A DNA stretch of 64,000 nucleotides, taken from contig CAYTYC010000003.1 of the NCBI GenBank assembly GCA_964442255.1, forward strand, positions 1 through 64,000, given 5' to 3'. Positions 1-10,316 of this stretch are shown in pieces. The notes beneath the pieces were generated by a model, which had not been told where the DNA came from, did not search any database, and saw only the letters and a list, made by a program, of their open reading frames with translations. Source of the stretch: an uncultured archaeon (GTDB taxonomy: Archaea > Iainarchaeota > Iainarchaeia > Iainarchaeales > 1-14-0-10-31-34). A program made the position numbers and the translations under genes. Position 1 is the first letter of the stretch. Each line of letters starts with the position of its first letter.

Positions 1-202
1 TGGGAAGAAATCCGCAGACCGCTGCCTGAAGGCAGCGGATTTCTTTGGGTTGTTAGTGTTGTCTTCTTTGAGGGTTTGGGACCGCATTTCATGCGGATCC
101 AAAAGCCTTTTGGGGGGCCTGCCTGGTTATTTGAAGGAAGCCCACAATCCAGTGTTCCCTTGGAAAAGTGTGTTTTGCTTTGTGGCTCTTATGGGCATAA
201 AT

Positions 203-994
203 TCACTTCCTTTTTTTTCCGCCTTTTTTCGCGGCTAACGTTATTTCCCTTATTTTTGCGCCGGCTTTTTTTAGGTTTCCGCCCGCTTTTTCAAAGGCGG
301 TCCCAACCTGAATTATGTCGGCGCCGGCTGAAACGGTTTCAAACGCGTCCTTTGGGGAGCGGATTCCGCCGGCAACAAGCAAGGGAACTTCAATTGTTTT
401 TTTGGTTAACGCAACCATTTCCTTTGGCGCCGGCTTGGGCGCTCCGCCGCCGGATTCAAGAATAATCAAATGCGAGCCCATGTACTGGCCCGCAAGCGCG
501 GTAATGGCTGCAAGGTAAGGCATGTTTCGGGGGATTAACTGCGCTTTTCCCACCCATCCGGCAGCCCTTCCGGGCTCCACTATAATGTAGGATGCTGGAA
601 TTGCTTCAACCTTCATCTGCTTCAGGGGAAAACTGGCGGCAATCTGCGCGCCGGAAATAAAGTAAGGGTCATTGCTGTTCAAAAGCGACATGAAGTAGGC
701 TGCGTCAGCGTAACGGGAAAGGGTCGCGATGTTTCCGGGAAACAGTATCACGGGAAGGGAAGAAGATTTTTTGATTTCTTTAATGGTTTCATCCAACAGC
801 TGGCCTTGCGCTCCAACCGAGCCGCCCACGGCAACCGCGTCCAATCCGTTTTTTTCGGCTTCGGCAATTATTTTTCCGCTAAATTCCGGAGAATAATTTG
901 GGGGGTCAAGCTGCATGAAGGTGAGCGCCTTTTTTTCGTTAAGCAGGCGCAGAATTTTTTTGTACGTTTTTCCGAATTTTGGGGACAAATCCAT
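203..994 (-). CDS. geranylgeranylglyceryl phosphate synthase (PcrB/GGGP synthase family)
   Basis: 263 aa; QLDPP, VGGS, PVILFPG, LESGGGA and GGIRS motifs of GGGPS. Confidence 0.9.
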   Translation of the reverse strand: MDLSPKFGKTYKKILRLLNEKKALTFMQLDPPNYSPEFSGKIIAEAEKNGLDAVAVGGSVGAQGQLLDETIKEIKKSSSLPVILFPGNIATLSRYADAAYFMSLLNSNDPYFISGAQIAASFPLKQMKVEAIPASYIIVEPGRAAGWVGKAQLIPRNMPYLAAITALAGQYMGSHLIILESGGGAPKPAPKEMVALTKKTIEVPLLVAGGIRSPKDAFETVSAGADIIQVGTAFEKAGGNLKKAGAKIREITLAAKKGGKKRK

Positions 995-1068
995 TTTTTT
1001 TCCTCTTTGGCTTTCCTTTCCGGCGTTAGTATATTCTTGAAGGAAAAGAATATAAAAAGCCGTGGTGC

Positions 1069-1944
1069 TTAACGCTTTTTTTCAAAGGAAACCAGGAGAG
1101 AGGCAAAAACAACCAATAATGCGCCGAAGCCCTGCACAAAGGAAAGGGTGTTGCCGAGCCAGAAAAAGGAAAGCGCTGCGCCCGAAACAAGGGAAACAGC
1201 CAGCAACACGCTCACCGTCCAGGGGGAAAAGCCCTTGATTGCCTTATAAAAAAAAGACATTCCGAAAACAAAAAACAAAAGGATTGAAAGAAGGAGTAAC
1301 AGGGAAATCTGCGGGTCAAGCAGGGGGAAGAAAGAGGGGGAAGCAATCAATGCAATTGCGAGAAAAAAAGGGATGGAAAGGAGGTTTGAAAATGCGAGAA
1401 GGGAAACATGCGAAAGTTTTTCCAGCAGTTTTTTTGCGGGAAAATAACTGTAGGCGGTGAAAGCCATCGCAGCCAAAACCAATAAGTCGCCTAACTGGAA
1501 AGATGTTAAGGCGGAAAAATTTCCGGAAGCGCTTAAAAGGAGTGCCCCGAAAAAAACCAGGAAAAGGGCTGAAAGCCTTTTTGCGTCAATTTTTTCTTTC
1601 AGAAAAAAAAAGGAAAAAACGAGAATGAACGCGGTTTCGGTTCTAAGCAAAATTATCACGTTAATTGCGGGGGCAAGGGAAAAGCCGTAAACCAGGATAA
1701 GCGCCCCAAAAACGTTTCTTGAAAGCACGACTTCCATGATTTTTTTTTTGTTTTCAATGAGCCGGGCAAAGTTTAGTTCGTTTCTGGCTTTCAGCCAAAC
1801 CAGCAGGACGGCGGATGAAACAAGGTATGAAAGCAGCAGCATGGCAACCGGGTTCAGGCTTTTTGCCACCTCCGTTGAAACCACTGTGGCAAAGCCGATT
1901 AAGGTTGCGGCAAAAATTCCTGAAAGCAATAGTTTTTCTTTCAC
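1069..1944 (-). CDS. DMT/EamA-family transporter
   Basis: 291 aa, about 10 hydrophobic helices, FFLKEKI and GDLLVL motifs. Confidence 0.85.
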   Translation of the reverse strand: MKEKLLLSGIFAATLIGFATVVSTEVAKSLNPVAMLLLSYLVSSAVLLVWLKARNELNFARLIENKKKIMEVVLSRNVFGALILVYGFSLAPAINVIILLRTETAFILVFSFFFLKEKIDAKRLSALFLVFFGALLLSASGNFSALTSFQLGDLLVLAAMAFTAYSYFPAKKLLEKLSHVSLLAFSNLLSIPFFLAIALIASPSFFPLLDPQISLLLLLSILLFFVFGMSFFYKAIKGFSPWTVSVLLAVSLVSGAALSFFWLGNTLSFVQGFGALLVVFASLLVSFEKKR

Positions 1945-1986
1945 TGGTTTTTTTTTCTCCTTTTCATTGCAAAAAAAAAATTTTTT

Positions 1987-2634
1987 TCATTTCAAAAGGC
2001 TTAACGCTTTTTCAATGTTTGGCTTCTGGTTTCCCTTCAGTGTTTCCCCGTGGCCGGGAAAAAGAAAATTGAAGTCCAGGGAAGAAAGCTTTTCAATTGA
2101 TTTTTGAAGCTGAAGGCGGTTTCCGGATGCAAGGTCTGTTCTTCCCACCGCTCCCTTGAAAAGCGTGTCGCCGGAGAAAAGGAGGCGGTTCTCTTTTTCC
2201 AGGAAGCAGACTCCGCCCGCGGTGTGCCCCGGAGTGAAAATAACCTTAAGCTTGAACTGAAACAAATTGAATGGCTGGTTTTCCTGGAAAAAGTTTTGGA
2301 TGGATGGAAAATCGTTTGCCCCAAGCATGGAAGAGGCGGCATAATCAGTGTTCTTGGCGTTTAGTGCCTTTGCATCAGCTGAATGCATCCAGAGCTCCGC
2401 GTGAGGAAAAAACTTGTCTCCCCCGAAATGGTCCGCGTGGCCGTGGGTGTGAAGGATTAAGTGAATGTCCCTGAAGTCAAGGCCTGCTTTTGAAAGGAAG
2501 TCCCCGAAAGAGCGCATGCTTTGCCCCAAGCCTGAGTCAATGAGAACATTTTTTGCGCCTTTTAAGAGATAGACATTTGAGCCGTAGTCACGGGAAATGA
2601 ACGCGTAAAGCCCTGGAAGGATTTCCCGGAACAC
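1987..2634 (-). CDS. MBL-fold metallo-hydrolase (glyoxalase II-like)
   Basis: THGHADH, TPGHT, FSGDTLF and PGHG motifs. Confidence 0.9.
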   Translation of the reverse strand: MFREILPGLYAFISRDYGSNVYLLKGAKNVLIDSGLGQSMRSFGDFLSKAGLDFRDIHLILHTHGHADHFGGDKFFPHAELWMHSADAKALNAKNTDYAASSMLGANDFPSIQNFFQENQPFNLFQFKLKVIFTPGHTAGGVCFLEKENRLLFSGDTLFKGAVGRTDLASGNRLQLQKSIEKLSSLDFNFLFPGHGETLKGNQKPNIEKALSLLK

Positions 2635-2687
2635 AGAGAAAGAATGGTTGGAAGCGGTTTAAAACCCTTTTCTTACAGGTTTTTGTT

Positions 2688-4016
2688 ATGGCTTCACTGC
2701 TTGAAGACAAGGAAAAAATTTTGGGCCTGATCTGCTCCAAAACAGGCAAAACAAGGGAAGAAGTGGAGGGCCTGATTGCAAAGAAGAAAGAAAAATTTGC
2801 CGGGCTTTTGACTGACGAGGGGGCGGCGTTCATGATAGCCAAGGAATTGGGGATAGCGGTTGACGCGGAAGAGCAGGTGCAGGAAACAGCGAAAATTTCG
2901 GAACTGGAGGACGGAATGAATGGCGTGGATTTGAAAGCAAGGGTTTTGAGGGTTTACGCCCCAAAAAGCTTTGAATCCGGGGGAAAAAAAGGAAAGCTGG
3001 TTAAAATTTTGCTTGGGGACGAAAGCGGGGAAATTCCTTTAACGCTCTGGCACAAGGACGTGGAATGGATGGACAAGCAAAAAATAGGGAGAAACTCTGT
3101 TCTGCAATTGAGGAATTCGTTTGTTTCAAGCTTTAAGGGAGAAAAACAGCTTGGATTGGGTTTCAACGGGGGAATAGATGTTTTGGATGAAGAAATGGCG
3201 GGAAGCCTGCCAAAAGCCAAAAGCCATGCATTGAAGGTGAAGGACCTGGAGGAAAAAATGGATCAGGTGGACATAATTGCCAGGCTTTTAAGGGTGCAGC
3301 CCATAAAGGAATTTGAGAAAGACGGAAGGAAAGGAAAGGTTACGGGGTTTGAGGTCGGGGACGAAACCGGCACAGTGCGGGGAAGCGCATGGAATGAATT
3401 GGCTGAACAGGTAAACAAATTGGCCGTGGGAAAAATCGTGAAGATTGAGGGCGCGTACACGAAAAAAGGATTGCAGGGCACGGAACTGCAGTTAAGCTGG
3501 AGGGGCAGAATAATTGTTGAGCCGCCGATTTCCTTTTCACTCCCGGAATTAAACGAACTGTTAAAGGACGCAAAAATTGAGGCAAAAGAGAAAAAAATCG
3601 GGGAACTCAGGGAAGGAGAAAACCGGGTGGAGGTAAAGGGAAAAATTGTGAAGCTGTTTGACAGGAACCCGTACTATTTTTCGTGCGGAAAATGCCGGGG
3701 AACACTGGAAAAGGCGGGTGAAAATTTTGTGTGCCCTTCCTGTGGGGAAGTGACAGAACCGGTAATGAACGCGGTTGCTTCAGTTGAACTGGATGACGGA
3801 AGCGGCTCAATACGTGCAGTAGGGTTTAAGGAAAACGCGGAAAAAATGCTTGGGGTAAGCGAAGGGGAATTAAAAAAGCTTGTGGATGAAAAGCCGGAGG
3901 ACGTGGTGGCGGAATTAAAGAAAAAAATTGAAGGAAAAGAACTGAAAGTTCAGGGATACGTGAAAAAGAGTTCATTTAACCAGGAACTCGAGCTGATTGC
4001 AAGGGAAGTAAAGTAA
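2688..4016 (+). CDS. rpa: replication protein A (multiple OB folds plus C4 zinc finger)
   Basis: three OB folds (GDESG, GDETG, DDGSG), CxxC...CxxC, N-terminal GLLTDEGA domain. Confidence 0.85.
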   Translation: MASLLEDKEKILGLICSKTGKTREEVEGLIAKKKEKFAGLLTDEGAAFMIAKELGIAVDAEEQVQETAKISELEDGMNGVDLKARVLRVYAPKSFESGGKKGKLVKILLGDESGEIPLTLWHKDVEWMDKQKIGRNSVLQLRNSFVSSFKGEKQLGLGFNGGIDVLDEEMAGSLPKAKSHALKVKDLEEKMDQVDIIARLLRVQPIKEFEKDGRKGKVTGFEVGDETGTVRGSAWNELAEQVNKLAVGKIVKIEGAYTKKGLQGTELQLSWRGRIIVEPPISFSLPELNELLKDAKIEAKEKKIGELREGENRVEVKGKIVKLFDRNPYYFSCGKCRGTLEKAGENFVCPSCGEVTEPVMNAVASVELDDGSGSIRAVGFKENAEKMLGVSEGELKKLVDEKPEDVVAELKKKIEGKELKVQGYVKKSSFNQELELIAREVK

Positions 4017-4068
4017 AGCATTAAATACAGTTAGCAAGGGAAGTAAAGTAAAGCATTAAATACAGTTA
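3999..4068 (+). repeat. perfect 35-bp tandem duplication covering the rpa stop codon and a TATA-like TTAAATA
   Basis: GCAAGGGAAGTAAAGTAAAGCATTAAATACAGTTA at 3999-4033 and 4034-4068. Confidence 0.95.
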
Positions 4069-4085
4069 TATTCACTAATTTAAAA

Positions 4086-5819
4086 ATGAACAACTTTAAA
4101 CTCCTTGGAGTTTTGTTGCTGAGTGTTGTTTTGTTCGGATGCACGGAAGACATTGGGCCGGTAACTCCAGATACGCCGGCAGTTAAGGAGACAGGGACAC
4201 TTATTCTGCACATTACGGACCAGCCTTTGGAAGGTCTTAAGGCCTTGAATGTGACCATTTCAAAGATTGAAATCCGCCTGGTTCCCGAAAAAGGGGAAAA
4301 TGAATGGGTTGTGTTCAGTGAAGAAGAGAAGGCCTTTGACCTGATGCAGTTAAGCGGAGTAACCGGGCTGCTGGGGGAAAAAGAGAGGCCGGTCGGAAAG
4401 TACACCCAAATCAGGCTTACCGTGAAGTCTGCGGAGGTTGTGCTGGAAGACGACAGCGTCCACGCCACGGAAATACCAGGCGGAACAGTGAAACTGGTGA
4501 AGGCGTTCGAAATCAGGGAAGGAAAAACAACTGAACTGGTTTTGGACTTCAGGCCGGAGTCAGTGAAAAAAGCCGGACCCAACTATGTCATGACTCCGGT
4601 CATTAAAGTCCTTACAATGAAAGAATTCCGGGAAATGAAGCAGGAACATGAAATGTTCTGCGGGGACGGCGAATGCGGTGAAGGCGAAAACCACGCAAAC
4701 TGCAAACCAGACTGCTCCTTTTGTGGAGGGGAAGACGCGGCGGAATGCCCGGAAGGATTCAACTGCGTGCTTGAAAACCCCGAAGAAGAGGATTCAACAG
4801 GGGTGTGCGTTGCAGAGGGAAAGCCTGAACCGGTCTGCGGAAACGGCGAAAAAGAGGCAGGCGAAAATTGTATTACCTGCGCAGAGGACATGCCTGAAGG
4901 CGCATGCGAAAGGGCAAAAGGAAAACTGGAGCTTAAAATAACCGACAAGCCATTTGGCGGAGAGTACACCGCAATCAATGTGACCATTTCAGCGATTGAA
5001 GTGCACAAGGCAGAGGAAAAATGGTTTACCTTCAGTGAAGAGAAGCAGGGCTTTGATTTGCTGCAGTTGTCCAATGTCTCGGAGTTGCTCGGCGAAAAAG
5101 AGCTTGAAGTCGGGCACTACACGCAGATAAGGCTGGTTGTTTCAGAAGCGGCGGTGACAGTTGACGCAAACACAGGAGACACAAACAACGATAACGGCGT
5201 TCCGGATGTGAACACCGGAAACGGGGACGGCAAAGGAAACGGGAATGGGGTTCCTGACGTTAACATTCCCGACAACAATGCAGAAAACAAAAACGACAAC
5301 AACGCCGGGAATGGGGTTCCTGACGTTAACATTCCCGACAACAATGCAGGAAACAAAAACGACAACAACGCATTCCTTGCTGGCAAACCCCAGGCGGAAA
5401 GCGGAACATTTGACGTCAGGGTGCCAAGCGAAAAAATCAGGCTCGTGAGGCAGTTTGAAATCAGGGAAGGCGAAACAACGACTTTGGTTCTGGACTTCAG
5501 GCCGGAGTCAGTGCACTTCGCAGGCGGACAATACATCCTAACGCCGACAATAAAGGTCCTTACGCAGGAACAATTCGAGGACATTGAATTGTGCGGAAAC
5601 GGGCAATTGGATGAAGAGGAAACCTGCTACAGTTGCCCGGAGGACGTGCAGTGCGCGGAAGGGGAATTGTGCTGTGAAGACAGCTGCATTGTTCCCGAAT
5701 GCACGGAAGACGGCGACTGCGACGACGGCCTGGAGACAACGACAGACCACTGCATAAACGCGGGGGAATGCAGCGCAGCCTGCAAATACACGGAAAACCC
5801 GATTCCATCAGAACAATAA
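4086..5819 (+). CDS. surface lipoprotein with two DUF4382-like domains, Cys-rich modules and an Asn-rich linker
   Basis: lipobox VLFGC; twice ITDxP...VTISxIE...FDL...GxYTQIRL...LVLDF; CGDG/CGNG modules; 66-bp repeat at 5241-5372. Confidence 0.75.
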   Translation: MNNFKLLGVLLLSVVLFGCTEDIGPVTPDTPAVKETGTLILHITDQPLEGLKALNVTISKIEIRLVPEKGENEWVVFSEEEKAFDLMQLSGVTGLLGEKERPVGKYTQIRLTVKSAEVVLEDDSVHATEIPGGTVKLVKAFEIREGKTTELVLDFRPESVKKAGPNYVMTPVIKVLTMKEFREMKQEHEMFCGDGECGEGENHANCKPDCSFCGGEDAAECPEGFNCVLENPEEEDSTGVCVAEGKPEPVCGNGEKEAGENCITCAEDMPEGACERAKGKLELKITDKPFGGEYTAINVTISAIEVHKAEEKWFTFSEEKQGFDLLQLSNVSELLGEKELEVGHYTQIRLVVSEAAVTVDANTGDTNNDNGVPDVNTGNGDGKGNGNGVPDVNIPDNNAENKNDNNAGNGVPDVNIPDNNAGNKNDNNAFLAGKPQAESGTFDVRVPSEKIRLVRQFEIREGETTTLVLDFRPESVHFAGGQYILTPTIKVLTQEQFEDIELCGNGQLDEEETCYSCPEDVQCAEGELCCEDSCIVPECTEDGDCDDGLETTTDHCINAGECSAACKYTENPIPSEQ

Positions 5820-5913
5820 AGCAACAAAACAAGGCGGCAAAAAAGGGGGAATTTTTCCCCTCTTTACTTATTTTTAAATATTTCTGTAGCCAATTATATG
5901 AAAAGAGGTTTTT

Positions 5914-7371
5914 TTGGGCATGAGCAAAACTGTTTCTGAGGGAATTACTTTTGACGACGTTTTTTTGAGGCCCGGGAAAAGCGAAATCCTTCCCGGGGAA
6001 GTTGGGCTGAAAACAAGGTTCAGCAAAAAAGTTTCAATGAATGTCCCGATTTCAAGCGCGGCAATGGACACCGTCACCGAAAGCGCAACCGCAATCGCGA
6101 TTGCAAGGCAGGGCGGAATAGGAATAATTCACAAAAACCTTTCTGTTGAAAGGCAGGCGGAAGAAGTTGACAGGGTTAAAAGGGTTGAATACTGGATTAT
6201 AACAGAGCCTGTAACCGTTTCCCCGGAAGACTCTCTTCAGTCCATAATAGGGTTGAGCAAAAAAATTGGAATTTCAAGTTTTCCCGTTGTTGAGCGAGGA
6301 AAGCTTGTCGGAATTGTCACAAGAAGGGACTGGCAGTTTGAAAAAGGGGGCGGAAAAAAAGTAAAGGAAATAATGACCAAAAAAGTGATAACCACCGGCA
6401 GGCTTTTGAGCGCGGACGAGGCCACAAAAATAATGCACAAGCACAGGGTAGAAAAGCTGCCAATAGTTGACAAGGCGGGAAAACTCAAGGGGCTTATAAC
6501 TTCCAGGGATATTTTAAGCAAAAGGCGCTACCCGAACGCAAACAAGGACAAGGACGGACGGCTGATTGTCGGGGGAGCCGCGGGAGTAAAGGACGACGCA
6601 AGAGTTAAGGCGTTGGTGGAAGAGGAAGTGGACGTCATTGTGGTGGACACCGCGCACGGGCACTCAAAAAACGTCATTGACGCAATAAAAAGAATTAAAA
6701 AAAATTATTCTGTTGACGTTGTAGGCGGAAACATTGGAACCAAAGAAGGCGCGGAGGCAATCATTTCCGCGGGCGCGGACGCCGTTAAGGCCGGAGTCGG
6801 GCCCGGGGCAATATGCACAACCCGGGTGGTTTCCGGAGTTGGAGTGCCCCAGATAACCGCCATAATGGATTCGGCTGAACCCTGCGAAAAGGCGGGCATT
6901 CCTCTTATATCGGACGGCGGAATCAAATACAGCGGGGACATCACTAAAGCGCTTGCGGCGGGCGCTGACTCGGTTATGGCGGGAGCGCTGTTTGCGGGAT
7001 GCGAAGAAACCCCTGGAAAAATTGTTTTCATGCAGAACAGGAAATTCAAGCAGTACCGGGGCATGGGTTCAATCAGCGCAATGATGGCGGGCTCAAGCGA
7101 CCGCTACTTTCAAATGGGCGTTGAGGACAGGAAGCTTGTGCCGGAAGGAATTGAAGGCGTTGTTCCCTACAAGGGCGCGGTTGAAGAGGTTGTGCTGCAG
7201 CTTGCCGGGGGATTGAGAAGCGGAATGGGTTATGTGGGCGCAAAAAACATCCCGGAATTAAAGAAAAAAGCGAGGTTCATCCGCGTCAGTGCCGCAGGAT
7301 TAAAGGAAAGCCATCCCCACGACATAAGGATAACGGAAGAGTCCCCCAATTATTCCCCCCTTTACGGCTAG
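5914..7371 (+). CDS. guaB: IMP dehydrogenase
   Basis: TFDDV, AMDTVT, CBS pair, [15 protein letters not shown]. Confidence 0.97.
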   Translation: MGMSKTVSEGITFDDVFLRPGKSEILPGEVGLKTRFSKKVSMNVPISSAAMDTVTESATAIAIARQGGIGIIHKNLSVERQAEEVDRVKRVEYWIITEPVTVSPEDSLQSIIGLSKKIGISSFPVVERGKLVGIVTRRDWQFEKGGGKKVKEIMTKKVITTGRLLSADEATKIMHKHRVEKLPIVDKAGKLKGLITSRDILSKRRYPNANKDKDGRLIVGGAAGVKDDARVKALVEEEVDVIVVDTAHGHSKNVIDAIKRIKKNYSVDVVGGNIGTKEGAEAIISAGADAVKAGVGPGAICTTRVVSGVGVPQITAIMDSAEPCEKAGIPLISDGGIKYSGDITKALAAGADSVMAGALFAGCEETPGKIVFMQNRKFKQYRGMGSISAMMAGSSDRYFQMGVEDRKLVPEGIEGVVPYKGAVEEVVLQLAGGLRSGMGYVGAKNIPELKKKARFIRVSAAGLKESHPHDIRITEESPNYSPLYG

Positions 7372-7380
7372 CTGTTTTCC

Positions 7381-7623
7381 ATGGACAAAGAGTTTGTTGA
7401 GGATTTAGGGGAAGCGGAAAAAACCGATTCCCTTGTGCGGGGAATAATCAAAAACAAAACAGCCCATGTGGCGCAGTTTGCGCTGGGTTTGGCGCTGATT
7501 GCATTCGGGCTAATTCTGCTGGCTGAAATAAAGGCGTGGAGCCGGTTAGCGGGAAGCGTGCTTTTTCTGGCGGGAATTGGCTTGGCCTATTATTCCTTCA
7601 GTTTTGGGGCGAAAAGGAAATGA
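7381..7623 (+). CDS. small two-TM membrane protein
   Basis: 80 aa ORF directly after guaB, two hydrophobic segments. Confidence 0.6.
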   Translation: MDKEFVEDLGEAEKTDSLVRGIIKNKTAHVAQFALGLALIAFGLILLAEIKAWSRLAGSVLFLAGIGLAYYSFSFGAKRK

Positions 7624-8054
7624 AAATGAGGAAATCCGTGCAGGCGGTTGTTTTGGCCGGAAAAGGCGGGGCGCTGCTGACCTTCAAAAAACACCCGCAC
7701 AAGAGTTTCTGGGAACTCCCGGGAGGGGGGGTAAAGGAAGGGGAAAAAGAAAGTGACGCGATTTTAAGGGAATTGGGGGAAGAACTGGGAACCCGCAGCT
7801 TCCGGATTTTAAAAGAACTGGATTTGGTGCACGAATACGAGTGGCCCGAAGGGGTGAAAAGGCTGCGGGGTTTTGACGGGCAAAAGAAAAAAATGTTTAT
7901 AGTGGAGTTTTACGGGAAAAAAGAAGAAATCAAAATTGACAAAAGAGAGCTGGACGGCTACGGAATTTTTGGGTTTAAAGAGGCAAAGGAAAAACTGGAT
8001 TTTGAGTCGGCAAAAAAGGTTTTTGAAGCAGCCTTGAAAGAGCTGGGTTCTTAG
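7620..8054 (+). CDS. NUDIX hydrolase
   Basis: Nudix box PGGGVKEGE...AILRELGEELG; ATG at 7620 overlaps the upstream stop. Confidence 0.9.
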   Translation: MKMRKSVQAVVLAGKGGALLTFKKHPHKSFWELPGGGVKEGEKESDAILRELGEELGTRSFRILKELDLVHEYEWPEGVKRLRGFDGQKKKMFIVEFYGKKEEIKIDKRELDGYGIFGFKEAKEKLDFESAKKVFEAALKELGS

Positions 8055-8109
8055 GTTTTAGGCTAAGGATTTGGCAAGGGATTTAAAAAGCAGGCAACAG
8101 GCTTTCTTT

Positions 8110-8241
8110 ATGGAAAAGAAATGGTTGGCGCTGGTTTTGCTTTTTGGGGTTACTGCAATAGTTTTTTTCTTTGGTTACCTTTTCTATGCGCCGGAAAGCG
8201 CTTCAGCGGAGGGAATAGCGTCCGCCTTCAAGGCAGTTTAA
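8110..8241 (+). CDS. 43-aa single-TM microprotein (MEKKWLALVLLFGVTAIVFFFGYLFYAPESASAEGIASAFKAV)
   Basis: below the ORF-track size cut-off; TTTAAAAA TATA about 25 nt upstream; basic N-terminus followed by a hydrophobic helix. Confidence 0.55.
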   Translation: MEKKWLALVLLFGVTAIVFFFGYLFYAPESASAEGIASAFKAV

Positions 8242-8820
8242 ATCCATTTTCTTCAGGGCTTCACTTGAAAGGTGTCTTGGTTTGGGAAAAACCTTTCCTG
8301 TCTTCAAATCGTAAAACCATGCGAAAACTTTTGCATTGCTTTCCTTTACCAAAAGGATTTCAAGAAGCTTTTTGCATTGAAGAAGCGCGTTTGCTTCGGA
8401 AACAGCGTCAAGGTTTTCCCCTCCTGCAACTTCTTTTGCGTTAATTGATTGTTTCAGCCATTCCTGAAGGCCGGATTCAAGTTCTTCAAGAGCAGTTAAT
8501 CCTTTTATCCCGCCGCAGGAGTAGTGGCCGAGGACAAGAATGTTTTTTATTTTCAAGTGCTTTAACGCATACCCCAGGAAAGATTTGGCGGAAGGGCTTT
8601 CAGGGGAAAAAATGTTCGCAATGTTTCGGTGCACAAACAGTTCGCCGGGCGGAGAGGAAAAAATTTTTTCCGGAATTACCCTTGAATCAGAGCAGCTGAA
8701 AACCGCTGCTTTTGGATTCTGGGAAAAGGAAAGCTTTTCAAAGAGTTCCCTGTTCCGGGAAACGTGTTCCCTCCATTCATGGTTTCCTTTAAGCAGTTCA
8801 TCCATTTTTTTCTTCCCCAA
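8203..8820 (-). CDS. beta-class carbonic anhydrase
   Basis: CSDSRV, GELFVHRNIAN and GHYSCGG zinc motifs. Confidence 0.93.
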   Translation of the reverse strand: MGKKKMDELLKGNHEWREHVSRNRELFEKLSFSQNPKAAVFSCSDSRVIPEKIFSSPPGELFVHRNIANIFSPESPSAKSFLGYALKHLKIKNILVLGHYSCGGIKGLTALEELESGLQEWLKQSINAKEVAGGENLDAVSEANALLQCKKLLEILLVKESNAKVFAWFYDLKTGKVFPKPRHLSSEALKKMDLNCLEGGRYSLR

Positions 8821-8825
8821 AAAAA

Positions 8826-9923
8826 TCAGCCCCTTCTTACGGTGAATTTCTTGTCCAGCCCGGAGAGCTTTTTCCTTATTCCGCCGTATTCAAGCTCGTT
8901 CATTCCAAGCATTGCGTTCCCGAAGAATCCCTGCCTTCGGATATGCAACGCCTTTTCTGAAGCCGTGTTCCGGACATGACCCCAAAAATGGTGGTCAAAT
9001 AAATCCACAGGCGCGGTGAGCTTTCCTTTCTGAACGCAGAAACCCAAAGCAGACACAATCGGGGGGCCGTCAAAAAAGGAAATTGTGGAATGCATTCTCA
9101 CAGGCATCAGGGGCCCGGTGTGCGAGCCGCGCATAAAGCCGGCGACATAATGGCAGATTGAATAGGGTGAAAGCAGTTCGCCTGTTGCCGGAAACTCGTT
9201 CTGGGTTCTTGCAAGGCACACGGGATCGTCTTTTCCTGTGTAAGTTCCTGCAATATTGTGGAGGCGTGTTGTGGAAACCGCGGCTGCCTGCTGTCCGGTG
9301 TTCCGGGAATGGATTGACTCTACCACGTATCTGTCGGTTTCGCGGAGAAGGCAGGCAACGTCATACAATTCCTCCGGCGTTTTTAATTCAATTACCCTGT
9401 CGCCTTCGGTGTGGCAGACATCCATAATTTGGTAAGTGAAGCCTTTGTCCATTTTTGGGCTTAACATTAAGCCAGAGTTGTGCATTGGGTCGGAGAAGCC
9501 GAGGTAAAGGGGAAGATTGTAGCATCCCGGGTCGGTTTTGTCTGCCGCAAAAACAACAAAAGGTTCATTGGGGCGCTCCCCGAATTCCAGTTCGGCTGCG
9601 GCAGGGCCCATTCCCTTCACATTGCCTGAAAAGGAGTCCTTGAGGAGGTCCTGGCCCGCGCCATACAATCCCTGGGATTTCGCGACATCGGTTCCCGCAA
9701 GGAACGCTTCCCATGCAATTTTGTGCACTTCCTCCGAGTCCTTTCCTTTCGTGTGCGTCATCAGGATTTCAATGTCGTCCCCTGTGTGGAAAACGAAAGA
9801 GTCAATTAGCTGGCTTTGGTTTGAAACATGTTTTTTGACTGCTTCAATCACTTCATCGCTGGGCTTTATGTGCCCGCCGATTGAGCCAACATCTGCCTTG
9901 ATTAGGCTTAAGGTAACCTTCAA
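8826..9923 (-). CDS. fbp: fructose-1,6-bisphosphate aldolase/phosphatase (class V FBPase)
   Basis: IKADVGSIGGH, GDD, LYGAGQDLL, YTGKDDP, MRGSH. Confidence 0.96.
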   Translation of the reverse strand: MKVTLSLIKADVGSIGGHIKPSDEVIEAVKKHVSNQSQLIDSFVFHTGDDIEILMTHTKGKDSEEVHKIAWEAFLAGTDVAKSQGLYGAGQDLLKDSFSGNVKGMGPAAAELEFGERPNEPFVVFAADKTDPGCYNLPLYLGFSDPMHNSGLMLSPKMDKGFTYQIMDVCHTEGDRVIELKTPEELYDVACLLRETDRYVVESIHSRNTGQQAAAVSTTRLHNIAGTYTGKDDPVCLARTQNEFPATGELLSPYSICHYVAGFMRGSHTGPLMPVRMHSTISFFDGPPIVSALGFCVQKGKLTAPVDLFDHHFWGHVRNTASEKALHIRRQGFFGNAMLGMNELEYGGIRKKLSGLDKKFTVRRG

Positions 9924-10316
9924 GTCAAACCACCGTTAAAAGCTAGGTGGAGAAAGGTTAAAAGGTTTTTGAGGCGCCTCAAGAATGCCCGCGAATTCTT
10001 CAATGAGAGTCAAGAATTAACAGGGATATCCTCACGGGGGGTTTTAAACTATGGCGGTTTAAAAATTCGCCGAATTTTTGTTCCCGTAAACGGCTTGACG
10101 GAAACGATTCATCCGCACATTGAAACAGGCGGGATTCCCGGAAGGGTTTATGGCGACGCTTGAGCCAAAGGACAGGGGGCTTTCAAAAGGCACAGGCGGA
10201 TTACAAAAGAAAACTGGAGAGACGGGTTAAAATGAATAAAAGGCAAATAATTCCCCAAAAAATGGGGCCGTATTTGCAGTGGGTTTTAAATTATTTAAAG
10301 ACTAAAATTTACTGCA

